Shown here: in pieces, positions 13,221-24,880 of the stretch | How the letters are laid out: every line of letters begins with the position of its first letter | Position numbering within the stretch: the first letter of the stretch is position 1 | Origin: Iphione sp. A-MEVVRFRX5 | Taxonomy: Eukaryota | Assembly (NCBI GenBank): GCA_976226885.1 | Contig: OZ320319.1 | Span: 71,610,001 to 71,674,000 of the forward strand | Direction of reading: 5' to 3' | DNA: 64,000 nt | Position numbers and translations under genes: made by a program | Notes under the pieces: model-generated | Database searches by the model: none | Seen by the model: the letters and a program-made list of their open reading frames with translations, nothing else | What the model was told of the DNA's origin: nothing

Positions 13221-14244
13221 TGTTGCGGCCACTTATTTTTGAAGTGACCTGTACGACAGCGAAGCAATGAATGTGATCACCTATATGCTAAATATATCCA
13301 CGCAGCGGCCTCAAGCCCGATACAACAGGTGGCGGGTCTGTCTGCATCTCGTAATACCTTGCAATCCCCTAGGGAGTAGCGTACAAATATCCTAACCTAA
13401 TTGCCTGTGACCACATGTCCCGCCATATTAGACTCTGCCGACATTTCAGCATAGTTAACTTGTGAATGAAAAAAAGGAATCATACCTCAATACATACCCT
13501 CACCCACACGCACACACTCATGAACGCTTATTCCTATATGTTCGAACATTCACGCTTAAAAGAGGCTGATACATTTCTTGTAAGTTCGCATGTCAACACT
13601 GCAGAAGCAGGAAGTAAGACAATGCCACAAACAAAACTGGTACTCATCCATCAAAAGCCATTTAAAACGCAGAAGATCGTTTCATTGGTCTTACTTCCTC
13701 GTGAATGGGTGGTGTTGAGGAGAAGAGATATGAGGTCAACAATGGGGAATTTTTTTCTTCCAGAGGAGATAGAAAACCAAGGAGTAGTAAGTGAGGAGGG
13801 AGAAGGAAGTAGCAGGTCATGTGGCTAATGATGGGAGAGTTTAACAATATGAATTGAAACGTAAGGAAATGAAAGGAATCCATCTTCAGAAAGAGAAAGC
13901 GGAAGGTAAAAAAGGACAGGGTGTTCTGTTAGGCAGGATGAACCAGAAAAAAACAAGGGCAGAAGGAAGTAATGGGGAAGGTACATGATGTAGATAAACA
14001 AGGAAGTCTAAATACAGATAATACATGAAAGATGTGTACATTTAAAATATGTACCATACATGTACAATTCACCCTGTGACTGTCACATCCTTGCTCCTAA
14101 TGAAGCTGTCCCATTTTAGGGTTGTCTATAAGTCTTAAGTGCACCATTGTGTTGGCGAACATTCAGGCCGCTCAGGCCAAAAGTGTTCCCCTATCTGAGG
14201 TGTCCCTTATAATGGTGTGTCCCAGTACTACGATCGACCATTTT

Positions 14245-14278
14245 TGATTGATTCATTGATTGATTGATTGATTGATTG
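14245..14278. repeat. (GATT)n microsatellite
   Basis: Directly visible. Confidence 0.9.
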
Positions 14279-16789
14279 GTTGAACGATTTATTTCTGAAG
14301 GGTGAAACATACATCAGTGTTGTGCAGTTATCTCCAGATCTTAATCCAAGTAAACAATGTAATGAATATGATAAATGGAAAGTCGTCTGCAATACCTCTA
14401 TGCAGTCACGTTGTCATTACTATCTTGACTTATAGTAAGGATAATACTACAAAAAAGTAAATTAGACCACATCTTGGCTTTAAATAGATTGTATATATGG
14501 TCATACCATATTCCAGGAGCTATCTTACATTTTTTGTATAATTCTTTTTTCCTACTTCCTAGCAATTTGGGTTCTGCGTCCAACCAATAGACCTCCATAG
14601 CTGATCTGTCCCATTCTCTCGATTATCCTAACAATATTCTACCCCCCCCCCCATATTTCATAATCAGCCATAAAGTAGATACGATGTAACAACAATCTCC
14701 ATTTGCTTACATGACATAAAGGGGAGCTCGGCTTATACACATCGGAATTTTAAAGATCCAAGACGATATCACGCCATGACTGACTCACACCGCGAGCAAC
14801 TCACAGACATCAGCTCATCCCGTCCTGCTAGACGATGCGTCACCTTCTAACTTCTTGGATATATTTATCCAGACATTGTCAATAGCATGAGGCAGTGTTG
14901 CCTACCAACATGGCCACCAACTAGCTATGTTGAAATCTTCATACCCCTTAGGATTCTTGAGAGGTATATTAAATAAACATGGAAGATTAGTGGATGAAGG
15001 AATTCTCACTTCAAATGAGGCACGCGCCAGGCAGGCCAGTGACACAAGGTGGATTATTTGAGAATAAGAAGGAATTATTCAATTATAATGGAGAGTGGCA
15101 CGAATCAGCCATGTGGCCAGTTAGCAGTTGTACACGATGTGGATAATTATTATTTAATGATATGGAGGAATTAGCATTTAATATGAGCAGTGAAAAGTTG
15201 GTTCATGGTGCGAGTTGGCAGTGACACCAGGTGGCGATTGTGCAAATTCCTGCAATAGCATGGCCTGGTTAAGACACAGATCCTCGTCCTCCCGAAAATC
15301 ACATACATGAAACCTCTATGCTTTCACCTAATTCAAAAAAAAAATTCATAGTAAGGGTTTTCGCTTGATTATAATTCTCTTTTCACAAAAAAAGCCTCTG
15401 ATGAACAAGCTTTCATGGTTGACCACTCACCTTTTGAATACTTTTACCAACGACGCTTCCGACATACCACAAAACTAAGCGTAAATTTATAGCCGTATTC
15501 CGTAGATACTGAGGAGGGAAAATGGGATTGGAAAAAGCCGTACGACAGGAAGGCATTCACACACACCTTTAATTGAAAATACCTGAGTGTGTTTTTTAGT
15601 TCCTAGTAATTTGACTACGTTGCATTATTAGGAAAAACTACGTGCTCCTGTCGTTTCTTTCCAGACTGTTTGTTTGTTTATTCAGGCCTCCGGAGTTCCG
15701 CTTTGTATGATCCGTTTATTGGACTTAACATCCCACCACATTCCCCAGTTGCACAATGTGACTAACTGCATGTATGTCATTGCGCTCGTGCATGGTAGCA
15801 TGTGGTAGGAATGTGTGCAGGCTTGGGATGGTAGACGGTGTATCTTGAGTGGGAGATGGTGACACACAGATGGAAAAAATACACTGACAGATGGGATGTA
15901 TACAGTCGACGCCTCACCAACCAGCACCCTATATACAACTCAAACAAAGCATAACTCAGATTACTCCAGGTCTGGTTTGATCTGTCTTTATTGTATGGAC
16001 ACTTGTACAGAAGCACAAGTTCGGAGCAGACTGAAGAGTGAAGTTGGCTCAAAGCTTTTACAGAATCATCCCTGGGCCAAAATACGAATTTAATCCCTTA
16101 TCCCTAGGTCACATATCCACGTGGTAGGTCACATATCCACGTGGTAGGATTAAGTGCCTATTACCTCTTATACTGTCTAAACATGCTTCGTGTTGATGCC
16201 TATTTCCTCTCATCAGCCAGTTAGCAGAGGTACATGAAGCATCTTTCATATTACTTGTAAGATACTGAGCTATTCACTACTACAGTTAATTGCAATAAGG
16301 TTAACCCACATCTTTACACATATGATCCAGCTTTACCTGCAATATGTGTAAATGCTAATGCTTATATCTGTAAACTGTATAATAAACAATTTTTCTAAAG
16401 TCTTGATATCATAAACAGAATCATGTCCCAAATAACACAACTGTTACACATCTGTCATTCACGTGCATGCATCTTCTGAACTTAGGCTGGGTTTCTATGC
16501 ACGTGTGTTTTCACAGGTGTGTAAGTGTGTTTTCAATGTGTTTTGGGGGAATACAAAATGTACATGCATGTATCCATGTGCACATGAGGCATGTGCTGTG
16601 CTTGCAAAGGTGTGAATGTGTGTTTTCAACGTGGGACATGCCCCATTTTCCATGATATCATGGGCAGCTTTCTCCATAGAAGTACACAAAAGGTGATGAT
16701 GAAAGAGTATTGTTAGCTGTGTTTCATGCAAAAAGAACATATTGTTGTACAATACCGCATGGCACCAAACATTACTGCACATGTAATCA

Positions 16790-16910
16790 TGAATTTCGCC
16801 ATTTGGGGGCTGAATTTCCATGAATTTCGCTGGTTTTGGCCTAGTTTCCATGTAATTTGCTGTTTTCGGGCAAATTTCCATGTAATTTACCATATTTTGG
16901 CGGAGTTTTC
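16790..16910. repeat. Degenerate ~30-bp minisatellite (aatttccatgtaattt...)
   Basis: Recurring aatttc(c)atg(t/a)aattt units. Confidence 0.65.
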
Positions 16911-19351
16911 ATGAAATGTGCTGTTTCCCACCATTATTCAGCATATGTTGTCTATTTGCCTCCTTTCAGTCGAATTTACCTGGTTTTGGTGTTGTCTCAC
17001 TGTTTCCTTGTGCTTTCCATACCCACGAAAATACGCCCCATGGCAACACATGCATATGGAAACCCGGCGTTAAAAGTGCCACCAAGTGTATCTTTTTTTC
17101 TTAGCAGAATACATTATCAAAGAGACGTATACATTCACCCCATACTTTCTTAAACTTTTTATATCCACCCGTAAAAAATGCAAGTGTGTATGTATCACCA
17201 GTATCTTACATTTTACACCTCGTTGATGTGATGAAACCATGGAAATGAATTGACAAGTTAGGTAATAAAAAAGTGAATTCCACCTGCAGCTTGCCTCACA
17301 CATGATATAAAAAAAATCTTCACATAGCCATAAAAAAACAATTTAATTGTAGTATATTACTCTTAGCTTATTTACCCATATAAACCAATCATTAAACCCT
17401 TCATAGTGACTGAGATTTGCCCCTATCCACTTTACCTTAATATCCCTACCAAGACTTACTAATTAGGTACTCATTGTAACTCCCGTTTGGTGGCTGACGC
17501 TTTGGATCTAGCCATTACCCCTGCTATTCATCCCCCCGTTGGTGTTGGGGCTTTGCCCCTAACACCTAACATAATAGCATCTTATGAAACTTTAAATGAC
17601 ATCTTATCCCTTCTACCTAATTGTTGCAGACAACTTCTCAATGGAGATAAATTTCCATTGCAAACTTCATCTGGAACTTTGGTCTTCTACCGCGCAGAAC
17701 CTTTTAAATCTCTTAAAATCGTGCTTTAACAGGCAAGAACAGTATATATAAGTCGTCTGTATAGTCAATATTCAATTCTCTGAATTAGTAGTGCAGCAAA
17801 GGTGTGCAGCTTTTAGGATGAATATGTCCGCGTTGTAGGGGTGGGGATTGGTTTCCATGACCGCCCCCCCCCCACTTCTTCCAACCTCATTCCCAGCACC
17901 TCTTTAGTGGTAGTCCTCAATCCTTATGTAGGATACTGACGAGTGTTGGAAATTCTGAGGAACAAAATAGAACGGCCGGTTGTCATATTTTGGGGCATAA
18001 CATGATGGTTAATCATCACATAAACCGCTTTTCAACTATATGTAGTAGTCACGTCCACTTTCATTCATCCCTGAAATATGCCTCATCCTTGTAGACCCTA
18101 AATGAGAAAACGCACTTGTCGCCTACCAGATTTGTGCGTCTGTGAATGTGTAGGAGTGCGTGTGCTCGTCTGTTTCTTATAAATCTTCATATATTAACCA
18201 TTAAGATAATTAACTGTTAAGGTTATTACTCCTAACTGCATCTGTGTTATATGTACACTACCCATATCTATATCAATTGTATACTATATGTTTCTAGTTG
18301 TCAGATACGAATTATCGGTTGAACTTTGTAGAATAAAGAGAGAAAACCACCTTTCCCTTCAAAGCCTTTCGGAAGGTACATTTTCTTGGCCGTCTCTTGG
18401 TCGGTTGTCGCGGGCAGACTCTACAAAAGCGGAATCAACATGACGCTATGATAAACGGTTAACTTCGTATCTGCATTCTGTGCAAGAGTAGCACTTTGTT
18501 CTAACCCAGTCAGCATTATATGTAACTGTGCTTTTCTGCTAGGTAATAAGTGCTCTCAACTCAAGCATTATTGCTATGTGATGTCCAGTCGGTTCACTAA
18601 AATATTATATTATCCATAGATTTTCCCTAGGGTCAGCCTAATAACGAGATGTACGTGTGTGTCTCTGCATTGATAGAGTTTGAGTTTCAACAAGTTTATC
18701 GAGTTCATAAATTATCATCACAAACTGATGGTTTTCAAATGCAGCTCACAAATTTATCAGTACCATTCGGCTGTGAGTGTACACTGTATAGCATCGTTTA
18801 AGTGATTCGTGTATTTACGGCAGGCTGGACAAAGCAAATACCCGTCATTCTCGTCGCACAAACATTCCTGACCTCCCCCAACTGGTCAGAATGACGACAG
18901 CCTACATTTTCACCGCGTTGGACGAAGAACTGGTACACTGACCGTAAGATACTGGACGGAGGTCAGAGGTGACAGGTTACCGAGTGTATAATGCTTTGTA
19001 TATACATATCATGAGGATGGCGTAACTGAAGTGGTGGTGGTGGTGATGGTGTTTGTGTTGGTGGCAGTCGGTCGTCGTTGACGGAACAAGTGGCAGACCC
19101 ATTTCTAAATATTCCTCCCCGTCAGTTTCGATGTCCGACCGCTTTCCTCGAACACGATATGTTGTGTGGCGGTGCGGGAAAGTGAAATATGTGCGTGAGA
19201 CCAGTCACGATTAGCAGGGGTACGTGTTATGAAAAGAAAAGTACAGACAGAACGATGGGCATAAACAGATTTATAAATAGATATGCATGTATTTCAACCA
19301 ACTCTTCCCCTCTCTCCTCTCCATCACCCCATGGACTTTGTTCTCACATAA

Positions 19352-19413
19352 ACAGGTAGACAGGTAGGTAGGTAGGTAGGTAGGTAGGTACATGTATATA
19401 GGTAGGTAGGTAG
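19352..19413. repeat. (AGGT)n microsatellite
   Basis: Directly visible. Confidence 0.9.
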
Positions 19414-19580
19414 ATGTGTAATTTATAAACTGAATCGACAGAGAGAACAATTTTAAGAAAAGAATGGGAGACGTAGGGAAGGAATTTAGAGATAAGAAAA
19501 AAAGCAAAGGTAGCAGAACTGAATATGGAACTCAAATTCATCGCAAATATGTCAATAACGATGCGATTCTTAACCTACAG

Positions 19581-19682
19581 ATGGCGCTTATGCAGCGCGT
19601 TCAGGAAGACGTCGCTCGTAACCTGCAGGTTCCGGTTTGGCAAAAGTATAAAGTAATTGCGGACGCTGCCGAAAATCGCAAA
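19581..19682 (+). CDS. FUOM: Fucose mutarotase internal exon (MALMQRVQEDVARNLQVPVWQKYKVIADAAENRK)
   Basis: Bounded by ctacag and gtaagt, 102 nt, phase 0/0. Aligns with the AAVMELVPSDKERGLQTPVWTEY segment of vertebrate FUOM. Confidence 0.8.
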
Positions 19683-20214
19683 GTAAGTTATTTTTTCTCC
19701 ATAATATTTTTTTGCGTGGCCTGAACTGCAGTCCTCTTAAACGTTCTCAGAATTGTTTATGTACAGTTTAAGGCGGATTTTAGATGTAGTAGCGCAGGGG
19801 GATTCTGGTCATCATCTCATTTCCCTTTTGCGGGGGCGGTCTAGCTCGTAAGTAGGCCTCTGTCGGTCTGTTTTTGTCGGGGGAAGGGGGAAAGGTTCCT
19901 TGTTACGTGCAAGAAGCCCCAGAAGTACCCTATCCCTGTCTTTGAGTAGAGAGACGGGATAAGAGTTGAAGAAATATTGCTTATAAGCAGAAGAAACTAC
20001 AGGTACTCTTCTATCTAGTGCTCAGTCCCTGTGAAGCCTTTTTAAGGCCAGGCTTCCATGTTTATGGGGTTTCGTCCATATATGGAGGAGTCTGGAAGAT
20101 TGGGCCAGTTTTCAAGACGGTCCTAGATGGTCGTAGAGAGGGGTGTTCCATGCATATGGCACCAGGACTCCTGGCAGAGGAGCAGATGTGTGTGAGTATG
20201 ATTGTGTGTGTGTG

Positions 20215-20455
20215 GAGATTGAAGCATATCTGTGGAAATTGTGAAGCATACATTGTACCAGTGAAATTCATGCAGTTTTTGTGGAAATTGGAGCGTATCT
20301 GCAGAATATGTGCAGTTTTTGAAAAATTTGTGCAGTTTTTGTTGAAATTGAAGGATATTTGTGGAATCCATGCAGTTTTTGTGGATATTGAAGCATATTG
20401 ATAATTTATATTGTGCAGATATTTGTGGAAATTGAAGCATATCTGTGAACATTGT
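20215..20455. repeat. Degenerate ~40-bp minisatellite (gtggaaattgaagcatat...gcagttttt)
   Basis: About 5-6 imperfect units are visible. Confidence 0.75.
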
Positions 20456-21163
20456 GTGATTTATATGCAAACCATATGTCACATGGCATAACATATGTTA
20501 GACAGTGTTCCTCATTCTTTCAATACTCATTTCTTTATCCTATTCATCTGTGTTACCCTTTGGAGTCCAGAGTCCAGAGAAATTTACAGACAATGTTTGT
20601 TTTCCATCTCTGCACTCTGAAATATGTAGTTCTAAGCCACACACATGGAACACCCTGTGATGTTTTTTAATGGACTCCACGTTCTTGACCTGAAATCCAA
20701 AAACATGAAAACTGGGCCTTATGGGTAAGCATAAAGAAAATGATCTCCCCTTATAATCATCCTCACCCTCTTTCCACGCTGTGCAGTAAGGTTTGCAAGA
20801 AAAAACACAAGCGTCCTTCCATTACTGCCCTACCATTTTAATGATATTTCTATCATGTACGATTTGGTATCCCTCAGTTCACATTCATTTTTCACTTAAG
20901 TGCACATTGTGCTCAAGCCGATGTGGTAGCAGTTTGCCTACTCTTCAAACCTGTTATGCACAGGACCGCTCCATCTCTAGCCCTTCTATGGTACCCTCTA
21001 TCTAGAGACACATGATTAGTGCAGCAAGCACCATCCAAATGATAAAACAATACATTTATAGGTAAAGGTTTTTGAACATGACGGGCATAGACTAGTAAGA
21101 GTATCAGTAGAAAGACTTGACAGAATGCAACAAATTGATGGCTGATACTTTTTCCATGTCAAG

Positions 21164-21237
21164 GTCAACGTAGAGTACGTAGAACGATTTGCCTTCTACG
21201 AAAGGGCCAAGAAGGCTTTTGCTGTTGTTGCTACTGG
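21164..21237 (+). CDS. FUOM: Fucose mutarotase exon (VNVEYVERFAFYERAKKAFAVVATG)
   Basis: Bounded by caag and gtgagt, 74 nt, phase 0/2. ERFxFYERAKKAFAVVATG is the FucU/RbsD-family signature. Confidence 0.93.
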
Positions 21238-22010
21238 GTGAGTGTCAAAAATTTTACCCTCTCCACAGTCAGTCCTTCTTATCTGACACCTTACTATCCG
21301 ATATCTCACCATCCATCACCTCTTGGTATCACGAATTATATGTTGTGTGACATAGCTTTGAGGGAATATATTTCCTCATCCCACCTAAATTCCCTTTAAT
21401 GAAAACGTCCTATAATAAGGGTTGGCTGTATTTCATTTCAAGAACATTTAACTTTTCTTGTACTATGTTTTATTGTCCATAGTTGTGTTTTTTCATTTGA
21501 TTCATTGTGAATTACTGCAGATGCCATAAAAAGAATGAGTTTGTTTGTTATAAACAAGAAAAGAAGAGACAGGAATGAAAGATGCAGTGGGCCCCGGTTT
21601 GAGCTGACATCTCGTTTGACCTGCATGCAAAATATTCATCATGCGACGAATTGGTGATTATTATTTAGGATTGTCAAAGTTCAGGAAGTCATCAATGGAT
21701 ATTGCTGCAGTATCAATGCACTCAAAATAGTTGGTGTTCAAGGGTAGGCCTTTAATGTCACATTTATTGTCAAGTCATACTGATATATCAGCAGTTATCA
21801 AATGAGAATGTGCATTAGTTGAGGGAACTTTGATATCGGGTATGCTGAATGTCAAGTGTAGAAAGGATTAGCTTGCATCCACTGACGAACCAGTACAACA
21901 AACACTTGTAGCTACTAGGGATCTGTTTGAGGAAGTCTATTTCTTTTATGTACCTTGTAAAGAGCAGTGCTACTTATGATTCAATTGCATGAATTCTGTT
22001 TCCTTTCCAG

Positions 22011-22071
22011 AGAAACCGCCCAATACGGAAACATTATCATCAAGAAGGGTGTAGTACTTCCAGAAGATTAA
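22011..22071 (+). CDS. FUOM: Fucose mutarotase last coding exon (ETAQYGNIIIKKGVVLPED*)
   Basis: Acceptor tttccag, phase-compatible with the previous exon, and carries the GETxxYGNIIIKKGV motif. AATAAA lies near 22334. Confidence 0.93.
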
Positions 22072-23294
22072 AGGCGGTGATCTCATGCCTAGCATGAGCA
22101 GTTTTCCCTTACCCCTCTTATCACCTCTGTAGACTGATCACACTGATATTTTATAAATTGTGTATGCTCAAATATGAACATTTAAAACCCGATGTAATTA
22201 CTTATATTCCCTTATGCTGCACGTCTTGTGAACATAGCTTATTCGCCATTTCCTGTTGGTCTCTGACCGACCTATCCCTTGAAGGCCTGCACCTTGTCAA
22301 TGCTCACTTGCCTTTGATTAGTGGCCTTGATGCAAATAAATTTATACCAATCAGCATGGGTCTATATGACTGAGACATGTTTTAGTAGCACCAGCAATCA
22401 AAAAGGAAGTCAGGTTTGGACTATTGCCTGACCTCCCGGCGATAGGTCAACTGTTAACAAATTAATCATAGGGGTGCATACTACTAGTAACCAGCGATCG
22501 TAAATGTTCTTTTTTTCTTCTACTCTTCACTTAAGCAAGGTGCTTTGATGGGCACATATGTACCTTTGCTCAAGAATAAAAGATGTGACCCAATTTTATA
22601 TGATTTCAGTTATATTTTAGAATCATTGCCTGAATAAACCGTCTATGCAATGTTTTCTCCAAGTAACTTACGGTTAGTTGTAAGGTAGGGAAAAAGTGAG
22701 TGGGTAATCCCTTAGACTGGATGCCCGGATGTTGTCACTTCTAAAAGGTAGACCAGGGTCTTTCCAGAAATCAAATGCAGACGTGGGGCAAGACGTTCTT
22801 CCGAGACAGAAAGAGGGGGGGGAGCTGTTCAGACGACCACTCCCCAGCCTCCGTCCCGAATCCCAACCTACCGGCCTGAAATCTACCCATAACCTGCCCA
22901 ACCTCAGGATACACACGCGCGCACGCGAGCACGCGAGCACACACTCACACAACACATGTACAAGCAGAAACCACTTGCTAACACCACCTATCCTCTTACT
23001 TCCACTGAGCTCTACCTGCTGACTATTATTTTCGGGTTCCCTAAATGGTCACGGCAGGGAGATAGGGGGCTCCCAACTGCGGAGTTTTGTAAGTATCCGC
23101 GGAATGGGGCCATTAATACCTTTCCCTGTGTTTTGCCGCTCCGTTTTATCGGGTTAGTTCGTTTCCGCATACCACCCGTATCATGGGCATCTACGCTCGG
23201 TAGCCTAAGAAGAAAAAAACACACGGCGGAGAACACCTGTCGAGTTGAAATGTTCCACATCGGCTTCCGGCATCAGCGTTGCAGACGGGCCAGG

Positions 23295-23461
23295 NNNNNN
23301 NNNNNNNNNNNNNNNNNNNNNNNNNNNNNNNNNNNNNNNNNNNNNNNNNNNNNNNNNNNNNNNNNNNNNNNNNNNNNNNNNNNNNNNNNNNNNNNNNNNN
23401 NNNNNNNNNNNNNNNNNNNNNNNNNNNNNNNNNNNNNNNNNNNNNNNNNNNNNNNNNNNNN
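23295..23461. other. Assembly gap (Ns)
   Basis: Run of N. Confidence 1.
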
Positions 23462-24065
23462 CGGTAGGAGATATAGAATCACCATAAAGTATTGAATCAC
23501 TCAGCTTACTTGTACAGTGACTAGTACACTTAAAGACCAGCATTAAAGAAGGCAGATAATTAATTCAGAAAACATAGGTGCTGCATCACCAGATGCTCAT
23601 ATAACTACCTGGTGAATCACTCTTGCAAATGAGTTGTGATAAAATGTACTGGATGATGAATAGCCCCAAAGTAGCACATTCAAAATATATATGATCGATT
23701 AGAAACTAAGATGGCTTAATGATTAACCACCAGAAGAAGTCAATCACTAGAGACCAAAAACCAGATGCTCAATCACTAGAAACTCCGATAACTAGAGAAA
23801 GAACAACCAGAAATATATATAGTGCATGCCTAATAGTAATCATAATTAAATGATGATTTACTGCTAATTGTTTTAAGGGTCTTCATCTCTAAAAAAAAAA
23901 GTATTAAGAAATTTTCCGAATTATGTATAGAACGTCTCAGAAAAGAGAAAACAGGGGGTTATAGAAGTTCGCAATACTTTCCTCAATTATAGAGTGTTTG
24001 GCCACCTTTGCAGAAAAGAAGAAATGGGGTTGTTGTGCAACAGTTTCTATCCAGGCAAATATATA

Positions 24066-24243
24066 CAGTAGAAATTCTATTTGCAACCCCCCCTTGGGTC
24101 CGACCAAAAGTGGTCTTATAAGTGAAATTGGTCTCAAATAAGTAACTGTTTATATAAGAAATCAAGACTCCCATTCCCACCTCAGGTGGTCTCAAATACA
24201 GAATGGTCCCAAATTGGAGTGGTTGCAAATAGAGGTTCCACTG
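24066..24243. mobile_element. MITE with Tc1/mariner (pogo/Tigger)-style termini
   Basis: Imperfect 23-bp TIRs: cagtagaaattctatttgcaacc and ggttgcaaatagaggttccactg. The left end is preceded by TA. Confidence 0.7.
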
Positions 24244-24779
24244 AAGTAGAATTCATTTATATCATTTATTAAGCATTCATATATTTTGTCAGAATAAAGG
24301 TAATAACCTGTTTTTTTAACCTAAGCATAATTCTTCTATTAGACCCATCAAAGTCTTTCAGTTTCCACTTACTTCAACCGTGATAATTCAGGATTTACCC
24401 TGTTTGCATGAACTAGTTTCTGCTAGGTGGACATCATTAGTTACAAAATGATAATAGATCCATCACACCTTATTCATCTAACTCTTTGATTCTTTCTTCA
24501 TTCACGTCTAATCCAAGTCTGATCGGTTCCCTCACAATACATGTAATTTCCTCTTATAACCTCTGAAGGCTCATATATAACAGCTCTTTTATCTTGTTCA
24601 GTATTTAAACTCGATATTACATTGTAGATGGGGTAAATAACATTTCTACACGTACATGCCATCTAGAGATAGCACAGTAAACTAGTGTATTGAAGTCATT
24701 TGACTTCATATATGGGTTAGAGATGTAACTGGAATGGGACCTTAGGCTGAACGGGAGTGTCTCTCTAGAGCCATAAGAG

Positions 24780-24880
24780 ATTGTAGATACATCCACTAGG
24801 AAATTGTCGATTGTAGATGGTGTAGATACATCCACTAGGGACCTGTAGATTGTAGACACTGAAGATACATCCACTATTAG
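24780..24880. repeat. ~41-bp tandem repeat containing gatacatccactag (3 copies)
   Basis: Directly visible. Confidence 0.75.

Larger units (their letters stand above)
10420..13250 (-). mobile_element. DIRS-order (Ngaro-like) retrotransposon body: gag plus RT/RNaseH, with no tyrosine recombinase or terminal repeats found
   Basis: Overlapping gag-like and RT-RH ORFs in different frames. The RT ORF ends right after RNaseH with no methyltransferase domain, as in Ngaro-type elements. The element boundaries are not resolved. Confidence 0.8.

Noticed and set aside
22700-23495. GC-rich segment and the 179-aa ORF crossing the first gap
   Set aside because: The ORF length is inflated by Ns and has no recognisable domain; the sequence is cut by the assembly gap.
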